DNA of 64,000 nucleotides from a virus. Lineage: Duplodnaviria > Caudoviricetes. Location: the IMG/VR virus record IMGVR_UViG_2917070673_000003, one strand, 5' to 3'. Below, piece after piece: positions 18,235 to 27,518 of the stretch. Position numbers and translations under genes: made by a program. The number at the start of each line of letters is the position of its first letter. Within the stretch, counting starts at the first letter, position 1. Below the pieces are notes generated by a model that saw only the letters and a list, made by a program, of their open reading frames with translations, was not told the origin of the DNA and did no database searches.

Positions 18235-19672
18235 CGCCAGACCCTCCAGTCAGGTCATCCAGTTGTGGGCCCGCATCAGCCGTCTGCAGTTCATCCCGGA
18301 TCTCGTCGTCGGTCTTCTCCGGATCGATGACACCGCGGTCGCGCAGGTATTGCCAGAAGTCAGCCTCAGGCAGCCGGCCACCCTGCACAGCGTTGAACAG
18401 TGCAGAAAGAACCGCCGGGTCAAGGCTGATCTGCGTGAAGTCCTGGTTCAACTTGTACAGCGACTCGCCAGCGACGTTCAGGAACTCGCCCATCCACTCC
18501 AGGCACTGTGAATAGGCCTCGCTGACGTTGTTCACGATCAAGGACAGCACGCTGTGCTCGGCGGCGCTGTCATTGTCGGCCTGGGTGGCTGTCTTCACTG
18601 CACTACCACGCTCGATCAACCTGGCGCCGAGGGCGATCAACTGATCCTCCTTGGCGTCCATAGCCTCCTTGATCATGGTATTGGCCTGGGCCTGGAGAAT
18701 GCCAGCAGTGCCGTTCTGAGGCAGAGGCAGAATGGCCCGGGAACCGAAGTAGATCCCCTTCTCTTCCAGCATCTTCACCCACTGCTCATCAAGGCCAGCC
18801 ATGTACACCTGGGGCTGGCCCATCAGGTAAGCCGCATCCTCATAGTCGGCACTGTTGCGGTAATGCCCGATGTTGATCTCGGCCATGTCGTACAGCGGAG
18901 AGTCGTCGATGCTCGCGTCGTTGTTCTCGCTTCCAAGGAACTGGAAAGGGATCACCCTCCACCGCTGGCCTGCGCCGTTCAACGGGGTGAAAGGCGCTAT
19001 GACCATCGACGTCTGACCAGAGCCCTCCTCCCACACCTCCTGGGTGTAGTTTCCATCCGCATCCAGACGTAGCACGCGATACTGGGTTACCTGCTTGCTG
19101 CCGAAGCCATCATCAGTGTCGACATCGACCTTCTCCTCCAGCACCACCAGGCTAAGCAGGTGCTGGCCACCTACCTTGCGAGTCTTCCAGTTCTTGATCG
19201 CTTCCGTTGGGTAGCTACTGATCGTCGAACGGACACGGCCAGACGCCATATCGGCAACACTCACGGCCTGACCATCAACTTGCGGGTAGTCCACCAGCAG
19301 CCCGTGACGGCCCACCTCGAGCAGGTGCCCAATCACTGACTGGGACTGCTGGTAGATGCTCACACCCTGGCCATCGATATCCTTGGCCACGTAGTCGAGC
19401 GCGCCCGGAACCGTCAGCGTCGGCCAGGTACGGAATACAGCGCCCACCAGGCTGTGCTTGGTCCGGCCGGTGGCGTTGTAGAACACGGCCCGCTGTTTGT
19501 AGCCGTCGTAGCGCTCCCGGTTCTCCCTGCTCGTATCATGAGCATTGGGGCGCGGCAGGTATCGCTCGCCAGCAGCCTTGATGGTTTCCGAGCCCTTGCA
19601 GACGTCGCGCACCAAGCGCCAGCGGTTTCTCGCCGCGTCGTACTCGGGACGGGTGAAGGTGACGTCTGTCAT
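18209..19672 (-). CDS. Portal protein (DUF4055 family)
   Basis: YLPRPN, RAVFYNATGRT, LAEINIGHY-like, KTATQA; follows TerL. Confidence 0.85.
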   Translation of the reverse strand: MTDVTFTRPEYDAARNRWRLVRDVCKGSETIKAAGERYLPRPNAHDTSRENRERYDGYKQRAVFYNATGRTKHSLVGAVFRTWPTLTVPGALDYVAKDIDGQGVSIYQQSQSVIGHLLEVGRHGLLVDYPQVDGQAVSVADMASGRVRSTISSYPTEAIKNWKTRKVGGQHLLSLVVLEEKVDVDTDDGFGSKQVTQYRVLRLDADGNYTQEVWEEGSGQTSMVIAPFTPLNGAGQRWRVIPFQFLGSENNDASIDDSPLYDMAEINIGHYRNSADYEDAAYLMGQPQVYMAGLDEQWVKMLEEKGIYFGSRAILPLPQNGTAGILQAQANTMIKEAMDAKEDQLIALGARLIERGSAVKTATQADNDSAAEHSVLSLIVNNVSEAYSQCLEWMGEFLNVAGESLYKLNQDFTQISLDPAVLSALFNAVQGGRLPEADFWQYLRDRGVIDPEKTDDEIRDELQTADAGPQLDDLTGGSGDGGKSSDP

Positions 19673-20970
19673 CGGGCAAATCCCATATTCAGCGAGGTGA
19701 CCGGTTTCACGATCGGGAACTCTTTGTGGATGAAGTAGCCGCCGGCGTCGTTGGCGTGGTCATTTCCTTGTGACTTGTCGGGCTCGCCGTTGGGCGCCCA
19801 TACCTGCTGCTCCAGGCCGTCGGCGTAGGTCGGGCAGGTAAACGGGTTCACCAGATAACGCCGCTCGCCCTGGGCATTGCAGAACATGGCGTTCATGGCG
19901 TTGATCCGATCCTTTACTGGCGGGTTGGCCGCCGGCGCGATGACCGAGAAGCCGGCCTGCTTGAGCATGGCGATGTCCGTCATGCTGGCGTTGACCGACT
20001 TGCGCGAATCGCCCGAGGCGTCCGGGTAGATCCTGATCTCGCACGTCTTCTTGAAGTCGTTGCCGTCGTGCTGCCAGTAGCGCTCCTTGATGCGGCGAAT
20101 CATGTCCGGCGTGTCGTAGCCATCGATCAGCTCATCGACTGCCCTGGGCAGCCCCTGGTCGCGTTTGACGTGGGTGATCGCCGCCATCTTGCCGACGTTG
20201 AAGTCCATCCCGATAAACAGCGGCTCGCCAGCCTGGACCGTGTCGAAGCACTGGTTCAGCTTCCGGTCGTAGGCGTGGTAGATCGACCCCGACGTCAGGT
20301 TGACGAATTGGCCGTTTAGGTAGGCCCTGATCAGTTGCTCGGGGTACGACTCCATCAGCGACGGGATGTAGTCGTCTGGCAGATTCAGCTCGTTGTCGAA
20401 GGTGCTGGCCTGGACCAGGCCATACATCTCCTTGAGCGCCGGCTTGTCGCGAAGTTGCTTCACGAACTGCTGGAAGACGAACTTGAAGCCCTCGGGCGTC
20501 GTGGTGACGTCTACCCCGTTCTTCAGGCCCGGCAGGTTGTAGCGCATCCGGGCAATGATCTTGCGCCAGGCCTGCTGTGCCTTGATCGACGTCAGCACGT
20601 CCAGCTCATCCACCAGGGCGTGGCCGATCTTGAAGCCGACGATGGTCTGGGGCTTCTCCATCGACCGGCAGATCACAGTGCCGCGGCATTGCCGGCCGCT
20701 GTAGATGTGAACCTCATGGTTCGCCTGGTTGATCTTGGTCTTCAGCCCCCAGTCATAGGCCACTTCATCCATGGTCGGATAGAAGATGTCCCGGATCTGC
20801 GGATAGGTTGGCGCGAAGTATCCAGCGTTGACGCCGGGCCACTCCATGAAGTGCTTGCTCAGCGCGGAACAGCCTACCCAGGTCTTCCCCGACCCGAAGC
20901 CGGCAACAAAGGCGCGGAATTTATGGGGCAGCGTGAGGAACTGAGCCTGGGGTATGTTAAGGCTGGGCAT
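19669..20970 (-). CDS. terL: Terminase large subunit
   Basis: VAGFGSGKT Walker A, LVDELD Walker B, TTTPEG, IGMDFN, DHANDA RNase H motifs. Confidence 0.95.
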   Translation of the reverse strand: MPSLNIPQAQFLTLPHKFRAFVAGFGSGKTWVGCSALSKHFMEWPGVNAGYFAPTYPQIRDIFYPTMDEVAYDWGLKTKINQANHEVHIYSGRQCRGTVICRSMEKPQTIVGFKIGHALVDELDVLTSIKAQQAWRKIIARMRYNLPGLKNGVDVTTTPEGFKFVFQQFVKQLRDKPALKEMYGLVQASTFDNELNLPDDYIPSLMESYPEQLIRAYLNGQFVNLTSGSIYHAYDRKLNQCFDTVQAGEPLFIGMDFNVGKMAAITHVKRDQGLPRAVDELIDGYDTPDMIRRIKERYWQHDGNDFKKTCEIRIYPDASGDSRKSVNASMTDIAMLKQAGFSVIAPAANPPVKDRINAMNAMFCNAQGERRYLVNPFTCPTYADGLEQQVWAPNGEPDKSQGNDHANDAGGYFIHKEFPIVKPVTSLNMGFAR

Positions 20971-21418
20971 CCGGCTTCCTCGCATCCACCACGTCGACCT
21001 GGATGCGGGTCGGGGTCAGCGGCTCGTCGTCCGGCTCTTCTTTGCGGGCCCGGTTGACGTACATGTCCCCGCACTCCTTGGCGGCCTGCTCGTACAGCTG
21101 GGCAGTCAGAGCCAGGTTGCGCATGTTCTCGGCCTTCTCGGCCATCCTGGCCAGGCCGCGGAGGCGAAACGCGCGGTTGGCGATCGGGATATCAGCTGTC
21201 TCTTCGCGGAATCGCTTGCGGGTGTCGTGGAACAGGGTCTGCCACTTGAGTGCAAGATGAGACCCGGCGCGCTTGGTTGGGTCGTGCTGCTCCACCTGTT
21301 GGCGGGTCACATCGATGTCAAACTCTTGCTTCACCGCTTGTGAGACCTGGCTGGGGGTGTCGAAACACGCCAAAGCCTGAACGATGAAGGCTTTCACATC
21401 GCTTTTCAGGGCTGCCAT
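20957..21418 (-). CDS. terS: Terminase small subunit (DUF2280)
   Basis: VKAFIVQALACFDTPSQV..YDPTK-like, IPIANRAFRL. Confidence 0.85.
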   Translation of the reverse strand: MAALKSDVKAFIVQALACFDTPSQVSQAVKQEFDIDVTRQQVEQHDPTKRAGSHLALKWQTLFHDTRKRFREETADIPIANRAFRLRGLARMAEKAENMRNLALTAQLYEQAAKECGDMYVNRARKEEPDDEPLTPTRIQVDVVDARKPDAQP

Positions 21419-21449
21419 AGGTTGGATTCCGTCTCATGCCTGTCTCACA

Positions 21450-22073
21450 TCAGGCCGACTTGAGCAGACAGGTTCCGCAGGCCCTCGATATGTTCAATTT
21501 CCCCACCTCAGCAGGATTGTTTGCAGCGTCTACCAGCGCCTGAACGTCAGGGCTCGCGCCATAGCGGCGGACCACACCGACAAACTCTTCGACGTCATGG
21601 CCGCGCAGCTTCAGCTTGGGCGCGCCTTCCTGGGTGAAGGCTGGTTGACCGTACTTATCGGTCGCCTGGGCTATGTGATAGAGCTCGTGTTCGATCAGGG
21701 CGCAGAAGTCAGCGTCTGAGCACTGAGCGCAGTAGTCAGCAGCCAGAGTGATGATGAAGGCCGGCACGTCGCCGAACCAATCACGCATCTGTTGCTCCAT
21801 CCGGGCCTTCTGCCATCCACCGGCCCGGAACGCCACCTGTTCGGCCTGGCCAAGAACTGTTCGGCCCTGCTTCTCGAAGCTCGACGATGCCCACATGACC
21901 CGGATGTCTGCATCCAGTAGGTGAGCATGGTCTTCGTTGTGGATGCTGCCGGTGTCGGCAAGAATCTCGGCTTGGAGCCATTCCCATACTTCGGGGGCGG
22001 GCGTAAGGCGGATGCCGAAGTCGGATAAATCCGACAGCTCAAGAAGTGAAGATGGGGGGTGTGGCCTGCCCAT
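21450..22073 (-). CDS. Putative phage metallopeptidase
   Basis: LIEHELYHI HExxH motif, LRGHDVEEFVGVVRRYG. Confidence 0.85.
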   Translation of the reverse strand: MGRPHPPSSLLELSDLSDFGIRLTPAPEVWEWLQAEILADTGSIHNEDHAHLLDADIRVMWASSSFEKQGRTVLGQAEQVAFRAGGWQKARMEQQMRDWFGDVPAFIITLAADYCAQCSDADFCALIEHELYHIAQATDKYGQPAFTQEGAPKLKLRGHDVEEFVGVVRRYGASPDVQALVDAANNPAEVGKLNISRACGTCLLKSA

Positions 22074-22146
22074 GGATAACCTCGAGCTTGTAATAGTGGC
22101 TCGTTGCCGGTATCTGTGAATCTCAACCCACAAAAGGAGCTTCACC

Positions 22147-22353
22147 TTGACTCAAGCAATTACAGATCTAGCCGGTCACAACGATCGCGTGAAACCGGCC
22201 GCACAACAACGCGCGCTTGCAGTATCTGCCGCGCTTGCAGTCATACATGCGAAGGCAGCGAACACACCAGCTGACTGCAACATCATCAAGGATGAAATGA
22301 GCAACCTCGGCGAATACGCTGACTTGATTCAAGAGGCGATGAAAGTTAAGTGA
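22147..22353 (+). CDS. Hypothetical protein (antisense moron)
   Basis: AAAGGAG RBS, TTG start, 68 aa. Confidence 0.6.
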   Translation: MTQAITDLAGHNDRVKPAAQQRALAVSAALAVIHAKAANTPADCNIIKDEMSNLGEYADLIQEAMKVK

Positions 22354-22407
22354 CCCACCCGTGCCGCACTCACCTGCGGCATTCCTATCTAACCCTCAGG
22401 AGAGCAC

Positions 22408-22794
22408 ATGGATTTTGACCGAAACGAGGCTGCAGCAATCAGAGCTGAGCTGCAGCGATGGCACGACGAAGCTCGAAGCCTGATCAATGACGCTTCCGAC
22501 AAATCGAGGCTGTCTGCAACCAGTATTGAATCTCTGAAATCAAGGCTTGTAACACTGAAAGCCGAGATCAAGGAGGCTGCAAAACATGAGACGATTTCCC
22601 GGCGCAAGGCTGAGAAAACCGATCTCGAACGATGCTACTTTGGTCCGGCGGTCAGAAGCACCTCGGCAAACTTCCGTATGCGAACAGACACCAGCCCGTG
22701 CAGTGAGCTTTGGTCAAGAGGGCTATTCGAGGTAGAGATGGAGCTTTCGTATAAGCTGCACGGTATTGAGAAGTTGCTGAGCGACCACTCTTAG
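22408..22794 (+). CDS. Hypothetical protein (antisense moron)
   Basis: CAGGAG RBS, 128 aa helical ORF. Confidence 0.65.
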   Translation: MDFDRNEAAAIRAELQRWHDEARSLINDASDKSRLSATSIESLKSRLVTLKAEIKEAAKHETISRRKAEKTDLERCYFGPAVRSTSANFRMRTDTSPCSELWSRGLFEVEMELSYKLHGIEKLLSDHS

Positions 22795-22835
22795 GTCCGC
22801 CCCACGAAACGGCGCATTCTAAAACGTGGCGCGGA

Positions 22836-23159
22836 TCAGCCCTCAGCCTTACGGCTCATGAACCGATCGGAGTAGTCCCGCAGCTTCTCTACTCCAACAA
22901 AGCCGACCATGCAGCCAGCGAAGGTGGCCAGGTTGGCCGGGAGCGTGAAGTACTCCAGCAGCGGGATCAGGCTGGAGCCGATCAGGCCGCAGATGACGGC
23001 CTCAAGCACCATCTTGCGACCACTACCACCGCCATAGATCACGCGGAAAACGGCAACAATGGCAGCCGTACCACCTGCATAGATCTGTGGCTGATGCACA
23101 GCAAACCATGCCAGTGCTGCCGCCCACAGGTCAGGGTTCTTTTCTGGCATGTTGGACAT
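22836..23159 (-). CDS. Holin, lambda S family
   Basis: MPEKNPDLW, three hydrophobic segments, GFVGVEKLR; AAAGGGAGG RBS. Confidence 0.85.
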   Translation of the reverse strand: MSNMPEKNPDLWAAALAWFAVHQPQIYAGGTAAIVAVFRVIYGGGSGRKMVLEAVICGLIGSSLIPLLEYFTLPANLATFAGCMVGFVGVEKLRDYSDRFMSRKAEG

Positions 23160-23241
23160 ACTCGATTCCTCCCTTTCGGGGAGCACAAATGAAAAAGCCC
23201 CGGCGAATGCCAGGGCTTATAGGAAATCGGACAGGTCTGTC

Positions 23242-23604
23242 CTAATCGGCTTGATGCCGACTGTGATACCAGTAGAGGTACAACAAACCCAAAGGTGCGA
23301 TGAACATCGCGAGAAACCAGCAGATGAACATCGTGAGAAATTTCACTCCGAGCATCAGTCCTGCATTGACGTAGAACACGTTAGTGCCCATGACGAAACC
23401 AACAATGCTCTCGTACACAAAACGCGAGTACGGATACAGCAGAGCGCTCACGACGGAAAGCGCAGCGTTTGTAAAGTCGATACCGCTGGGCGCCCTCGAT
23501 TTCATGAAGATAAAGAAGGCAGCGCAAAGTGCGCCAAAAAATAACTGTCGGAGATAATAGCTAGCTGTCAGCCCGCCAAATGTCTTTGCAAACAACGAGT
23601 TCAT
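23242..23604 (-). CDS. Hypothetical membrane protein
   Basis: TFGGLTASYYLRQLFFG, several TM segments; GAGGGAG RBS. Confidence 0.7.
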   Translation of the reverse strand: MNSLFAKTFGGLTASYYLRQLFFGALCAAFFIFMKSRAPSGIDFTNAALSVVSALLYPYSRFVYESIVGFVMGTNVFYVNAGLMLGVKFLTMFICWFLAMFIAPLGLLYLYWYHSRHQAD

Positions 23605-23653
23605 AAGCTCCCTCTAAAGCGATGATTTCAATTTGCCATCAACAATATCAGCA

Positions 23654-23794
23654 TCACTCATCAGGGCAAAGCAGAACACGCTGCTGCGAAATGCAACCGC
23701 CCCCCCCCCCCCCAAACTTCACGCCCAACGCACCAACCAACCCCGCGGTAAACCACGTATCAAGCCTGTCGAGCAAACGTTGCAGAAACTCCAT
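23654..23794 (-). pseudogene. Probable remnant of a second holin type interrupted at a 14-G tract
   Basis: MEFLQRLLDRLDTWFTAGLVGALGV resembles (from memory) a Pseudomonas prophage holin N-terminus, then G14. Confidence 0.4.
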
Positions 23795-23916
23795 GCGCTC
23801 GACTCCGTGGGCATAGTCAAAGAAAAAGACCATTGCTGGTCTGGGCGAAGCCCAAAGTTAAAAACCACTAGATAGAAGGCCCGGCGCATGGCTGGGCCTG
23901 TAACTAGTTGTGGCCT

Positions 23917-24276
23917 TTACGCAACCAAGTCCCACGTGATTGCAATCGATCCAGTAGCAGCAGCGCCTGCGATCCTAGAGCCAGCAGTAACCCAAAGCCC
24001 CATACCGGCAGGCACGAACAGGGGTTCTGGAAGCGTAATTAAGGAGTGGCTGGTCGCGACAGCTGGGCCGTTACCGCAGAAAATAATCCGCGTGTTGGCG
24101 TCGCCAGCGCTGGCAGGAGCAGCCTCCGAGGCATAAAGGTTGACGTACCCATCAGCAGGGTCAATGTAGGCCGTCTGAATGGTCAGACCGTTCAAGTTCT
24201 CGGCTGGCGAGACGATCTGTACAACCCCCTTCGGGAACAAATTGCCGAAGTGTTTACCAATTTTTACTGCGCTCAT
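23917..24276 (-). CDS. Hypothetical protein
   Basis: 119 aa beta-rich ORF from MSAVKIGK; AAAAGG RBS. Confidence 0.65.
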   Translation of the reverse strand: MSAVKIGKHFGNLFPKGVVQIVSPAENLNGLTIQTAYIDPADGYVNLYASEAAPASAGDANTRIIFCGNGPAVATSHSLITLPEPLFVPAGMGLWVTAGSRIAGAAATGSIAITWDLVA

Positions 24277-24452
24277 TTTTAGCACCTTTTGAGTCGAATG
24301 ATTGTTCGCGGAGGATTCCGCTTTCATGTCGCTCAAGGGCGATGGTTCGAGGCTCAAGGCCTTCACTCAGAGACCTGTAGGTCAGGCCCTATATCGAGCT
24401 GATATCCACATCCTGTGCGTCCGAGGAGCGGAATGACTATCTCAACAAAATA

Positions 24453-24468
24453 CTGTACATACAACCAG
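24453..24468. promoter_or_regulatory. LexA (SOS) box CTGTACATACAACCAG
   Basis: CTG-N10-CAG inside extended palindrome AAAATACTG...CAGTATTTT. Confidence 0.75.
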
Positions 24469-24586
24469 TATTTTGGACCCTGTTTGCCCACCTGTATTAG
24501 CAGCTCGGAGCAAAGGGTGTGGGAAGCCATAAACGAAAAAACCCCGGCAAATGCCGAGGCTCTAGTAGGTACAATTGACCGCTGCT

Positions 24587-25090
24587 TTAGAGTCGAGCCA
24601 ACAATTCAGCTTTCTTGGCGCTGAATTCTTCCTCAGTCAGCACGCCGGCAGCCTTGAGCTCGCCCAGCTTAGTTAGCGCTGCCATGGCGTCACCGCCTGC
24701 CGGTGGTGCTGCTGGAGCCGCTGCTTGAGCGCCTGCATGGCGGCCCTCTTCAATTGCATCAAATAGCGCCTGCTCCTTTTCCTTTTTAAAGGTCTTGAAC
24801 TCAAGCGCGTCATGCGATGTATGTAGGCGGAGCGAACGGTGCCCCATGAAAGACTTTCGCTCGATCGAGGTGATGCCCTTCAGCGGCATGGTCTCGATGA
24901 CCTCGCCAAAAAGCCCCTTCCGGTAAAAAGCCGCCCTAGAGCCAGTGATGATCAATACACCGTTGTGTTGAGCATCCTTCCCTTTGCCCATCATTTCGCC
25001 GATGTAGCCCTCACCCCAGGCGAGAATCTGCTCACCGCTCTGAAGATGTTTGGCCCTGAATTTTGCGACATGTTTCGACTCATCAGCCAC
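24587..25090 (-). CDS. Bacterial PH-domain + SHOCT protein
   Basis: GVLIITGSRAAFY..ITSIE PH-like; LTKLGELKAAGVLTEEEFSAKKAELL SHOCT. Confidence 0.8.
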   Translation of the reverse strand: MADESKHVAKFRAKHLQSGEQILAWGEGYIGEMMGKGKDAQHNGVLIITGSRAAFYRKGLFGEVIETMPLKGITSIERKSFMGHRSLRLHTSHDALEFKTFKKEKEQALFDAIEEGRHAGAQAAAPAAPPAGGDAMAALTKLGELKAAGVLTEEEFSAKKAELLARL

Positions 25091-25254
25091 TTCGAAGCTC
25101 CTTGTGATTGGCCCTTTGCCGGATCATATCCAAGAGCCCAAAGCCATGCCAGCCAAAAGCCATCACGCCACACCAGACCCCACTAACGACTTAGCTCATC
25201 AGCTTACAAGGCGACTTCTCGACCGCTGGAACTAAGACGGCGAGTTTCGGGCAA

Positions 25255-25278
25255 TAAAAAACCCGGCGCTTGGCCGGG
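25255..25278 (-). terminator. tR'-like terminator after late promoter
   Basis: ACCCGGCC-aagc-GCCGGGT followed by T run on minus strand. Confidence 0.7.
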
Positions 25279-25322
25279 TCCAGAGTTTCGTGTGCGTTTC
25301 GCGTTACTTGTGCACTATGGGA

Positions 25323-25351
25323 AAAGTACGCACAAAACCCCACCATGTCAA
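25323..25351 (-). promoter_or_regulatory. Late promoter PR' (TTGACA-17-TACTTT)
   Basis: Immediately downstream of Q-like gene, consensus -35 and 17-bp spacer. Confidence 0.75.
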
Positions 25352-25356
25352 TATCT

Positions 25357-26043
25357 TTATGCCGCTCTTTCATCATTTTCCGAGTGAATCACCTGCCAGA
25401 TCGGCTGCTGAGCCTGAATATCCACTTCCTTGATCACTGCTTTCATTGATTCCCATAAGTCGAGCCAGTCACGATTCCAATGCTTAGGCTCGATAGTGAC
25501 ACCGAAGAACTCCTTCATCTCAGAGGCGACCCGAGCCGCCCCCCACTCTGCCGCGCCGTGAGCCTCCCCCTTGTAAGACTGCAGGGCCAGGGTTACCAAA
25601 TACTGAGCCTTCACGCGCTTGGCCGATGTCAGGTCTGGCAATTGGGCCTTGGCGGTGACCAACAGCACCGCGTTCAGCAGGTGCCGCATGTTCATCGCCG
25701 GGTGGTACAGGTAGTGCCCGAACTGCTGCACCTGGAACGGCAGCGTGTCGATGGCGCGCAGTACCTTGCCGATCGTGGCCAGGTGCGCAGCACGGGCTGT
25801 GGACCGGCCAATCGGCGTGCGGCGCGTTTCGTTGATGCTGATTCGCTGCCCAGGTACAGCGAAGCGCGCGGCCTCCTCCCCCTTCTCGCTGCCCAGCGCC
25901 GGGAACTGCACCTCGCGCTTACCGATACGGCCGCCAGTCTTCACCGGTGCCGACTCGGCCCGCTCAATTGCCACAGCACTGATCGACGCATTCGATTCAT
26001 GCTGAGCCTCTGTCCATACCTGCCTTGCGTTGATCAGCTTCAT
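25357..26043 (-). CDS. Late antiterminator Q-like protein
   Basis: Position between NinG and PR'; MKLINARQVW..W.RDW family. Confidence 0.7.
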   Translation of the reverse strand: MKLINARQVWTEAQHESNASISAVAIERAESAPVKTGGRIGKREVQFPALGSEKGEEAARFAVPGQRISINETRRTPIGRSTARAAHLATIGKVLRAIDTLPFQVQQFGHYLYHPAMNMRHLLNAVLLVTAKAQLPDLTSAKRVKAQYLVTLALQSYKGEAHGAAEWGAARVASEMKEFFGVTIEPKHWNRDWLDLWESMKAVIKEVDIQAQQPIWQVIHSENDERAA

Positions 26044-26654
26044 GCTGCAATCCCCTTCTTCATTTCTTTGATCTTTTCGCGGTAGTCGGCCTTGATGGCC
26101 TTGATCTCTTCGATGGTGTACTTGCGTGCGGGATGGGGCCCTTCCAGCCACCCCAGTTTCTCGGCGCCGATTCGCTGCAGAAGCGAAAGCCGGTAGTTCA
26201 CCAAGTTGCCGGACAGGTGCGTATTACATGGGGCGCATTGCTTCCAGACGTTCAAGGGCTCGAAGCGGATTTCTGGGTTCGCGCCTACGGTGCGGTAATG
26301 GCCGGCGTGATACTGGCCGTCGTGGTGCCGCCCGCAGCTGATGCAGGGCAGATCGGCGTCGCGTAGGCGTACCCATTCATTGAACACGGCCTGGGCTTCT
26401 CGGAGGTGGTCCGCCCTACTCTTCAGCCTTGCCTTGCGGACCTTGATCTCCCGGCGCTCAACATCAGCCAGGGCTTTCCGGGCGCTTGCCTGTCCCTTCT
26501 CTGACTGCCCGTGAGCGATGGCGCACTCTATCTCCCCGCACACGGCCTGGGAGGCGCGTACGGGCGTGAACATCACCCGACAGGCCGGGCAGCGTTTACG
26601 ACGTGTGCCGCCGGACGTGAGCGGGGTTTTGCGCTGCAGTGGGGTGCGCTTCAT
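26040..26654 (-). CDS. ninG: NinG recombination endonuclease
   Basis: CPAC, FNEWVRLRD..PCISCG, AGHYRTVGA, QCAPCN. Confidence 0.92.
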   Translation of the reverse strand: MKRTPLQRKTPLTSGGTRRKRCPACRVMFTPVRASQAVCGEIECAIAHGQSEKGQASARKALADVERREIKVRKARLKSRADHLREAQAVFNEWVRLRDADLPCISCGRHHDGQYHAGHYRTVGANPEIRFEPLNVWKQCAPCNTHLSGNLVNYRLSLLQRIGAEKLGWLEGPHPARKYTIEEIKAIKADYREKIKEMKKGIAA

Positions 26655-27238
26655 GCAAAGCTCCCAATCTGATCAGCAGCAGCCAGGGCGGCGCCTTCGG
26701 TTTCAAAGTGCGCGGACAGCACCAGGCGCCAACAGGCGTTGAAGACGTCGCGGTAAAGGGGCTCAAACTGGGTATCGTCCATGCTGGCCCAACTGATGGA
26801 CTTGGCCTCTTTGCGGACGCCGTCGGGGGTACGCACCAGGTGGAAGTGGCCGGCCTCGATGGTCACCCACTCGCGAAAGGCTTCACGGGACTTGTCGACT
26901 GAGGGGAAACGCTCGGCGCGGGCCTGCTCAAGCCCGGCAATGTAGGCATCAACCGCATTCGATAGCTGCCCCGGCCTGCCGTTCTGCGCTTCGAAGAACT
27001 TGGCCAGGCCGCGAATGCCACGCATCTCCTGGCGTGGGATCAGGCCCCCGACCGGCTCCCAGTACTCCCAGGCCAGATCCAGCATCGCGAAGAACTTGCC
27101 ATGGAACCGGGCGTTTCTCATCTTGGTGAACTTGCCGTGGATGACCTGGCCAGCCTTCCAGCACTGGATGGTTTCACGGTCTGCCTCTGTGGCCGGTACC
27201 AGGCCCTGGGCGGTGCGAATAAGGGCAAGCTCAGCCAT
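26651..27238 (-). CDS. DUF1367 family protein
   Basis: RNARFHGKFFAML, AFREWVTIEAGH, AKSISWASMD. Confidence 0.85.
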   Translation of the reverse strand: MAELALIRTAQGLVPATEADRETIQCWKAGQVIHGKFTKMRNARFHGKFFAMLDLAWEYWEPVGGLIPRQEMRGIRGLAKFFEAQNGRPGQLSNAVDAYIAGLEQARAERFPSVDKSREAFREWVTIEAGHFHLVRTPDGVRKEAKSISWASMDDTQFEPLYRDVFNACWRLVLSAHFETEGAALAAADQIGSFA

Positions 27239-27518
27239 GAGAAGCCCCCTTACCCATTACCGCGTCAATGGCGACTTCAAGGGCATCTCCTGAAGGAAGC
27301 ATTCCCGGACCAATCGAGCCTGCGATAGCTTGATACGCAACCAAGCCGCAGCGGTCACGTAGGAAAAGATAACGCTCGGAGTTCTTTCGCTGACGCTCAT
27401 TCTCAGCAATCAGGGCTTTGGAGCCTAGGGCAAGAATCCGGTGGTTTTCATCAGAACAGAACCGACGATCATTCAGAACGCGATCAATCAGCAAATTCAG
27501 TTCGGTGTAGTCAGTCAT
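27231..27518 (-). CDS. Hypothetical phage protein
   Basis: Coupled ORF; LIAENE..RYLFLR..LEVAID. Confidence 0.6.
   Translation of the reverse strand: MTDYTELNLLIDRVLNDRRFCSDENHRILALGSKALIAENERQRKNSERYLFLRDRCGLVAYQAIAGSIGPGMLPSGDALEVAIDAVMGKGASHG

Noticed and set aside
22836..23159. Dual-start holin/antiholin motif (MSNM)
   Set aside because: No Lys/Arg between the two Met as in lambda S107, so no support beyond two nearby ATGs
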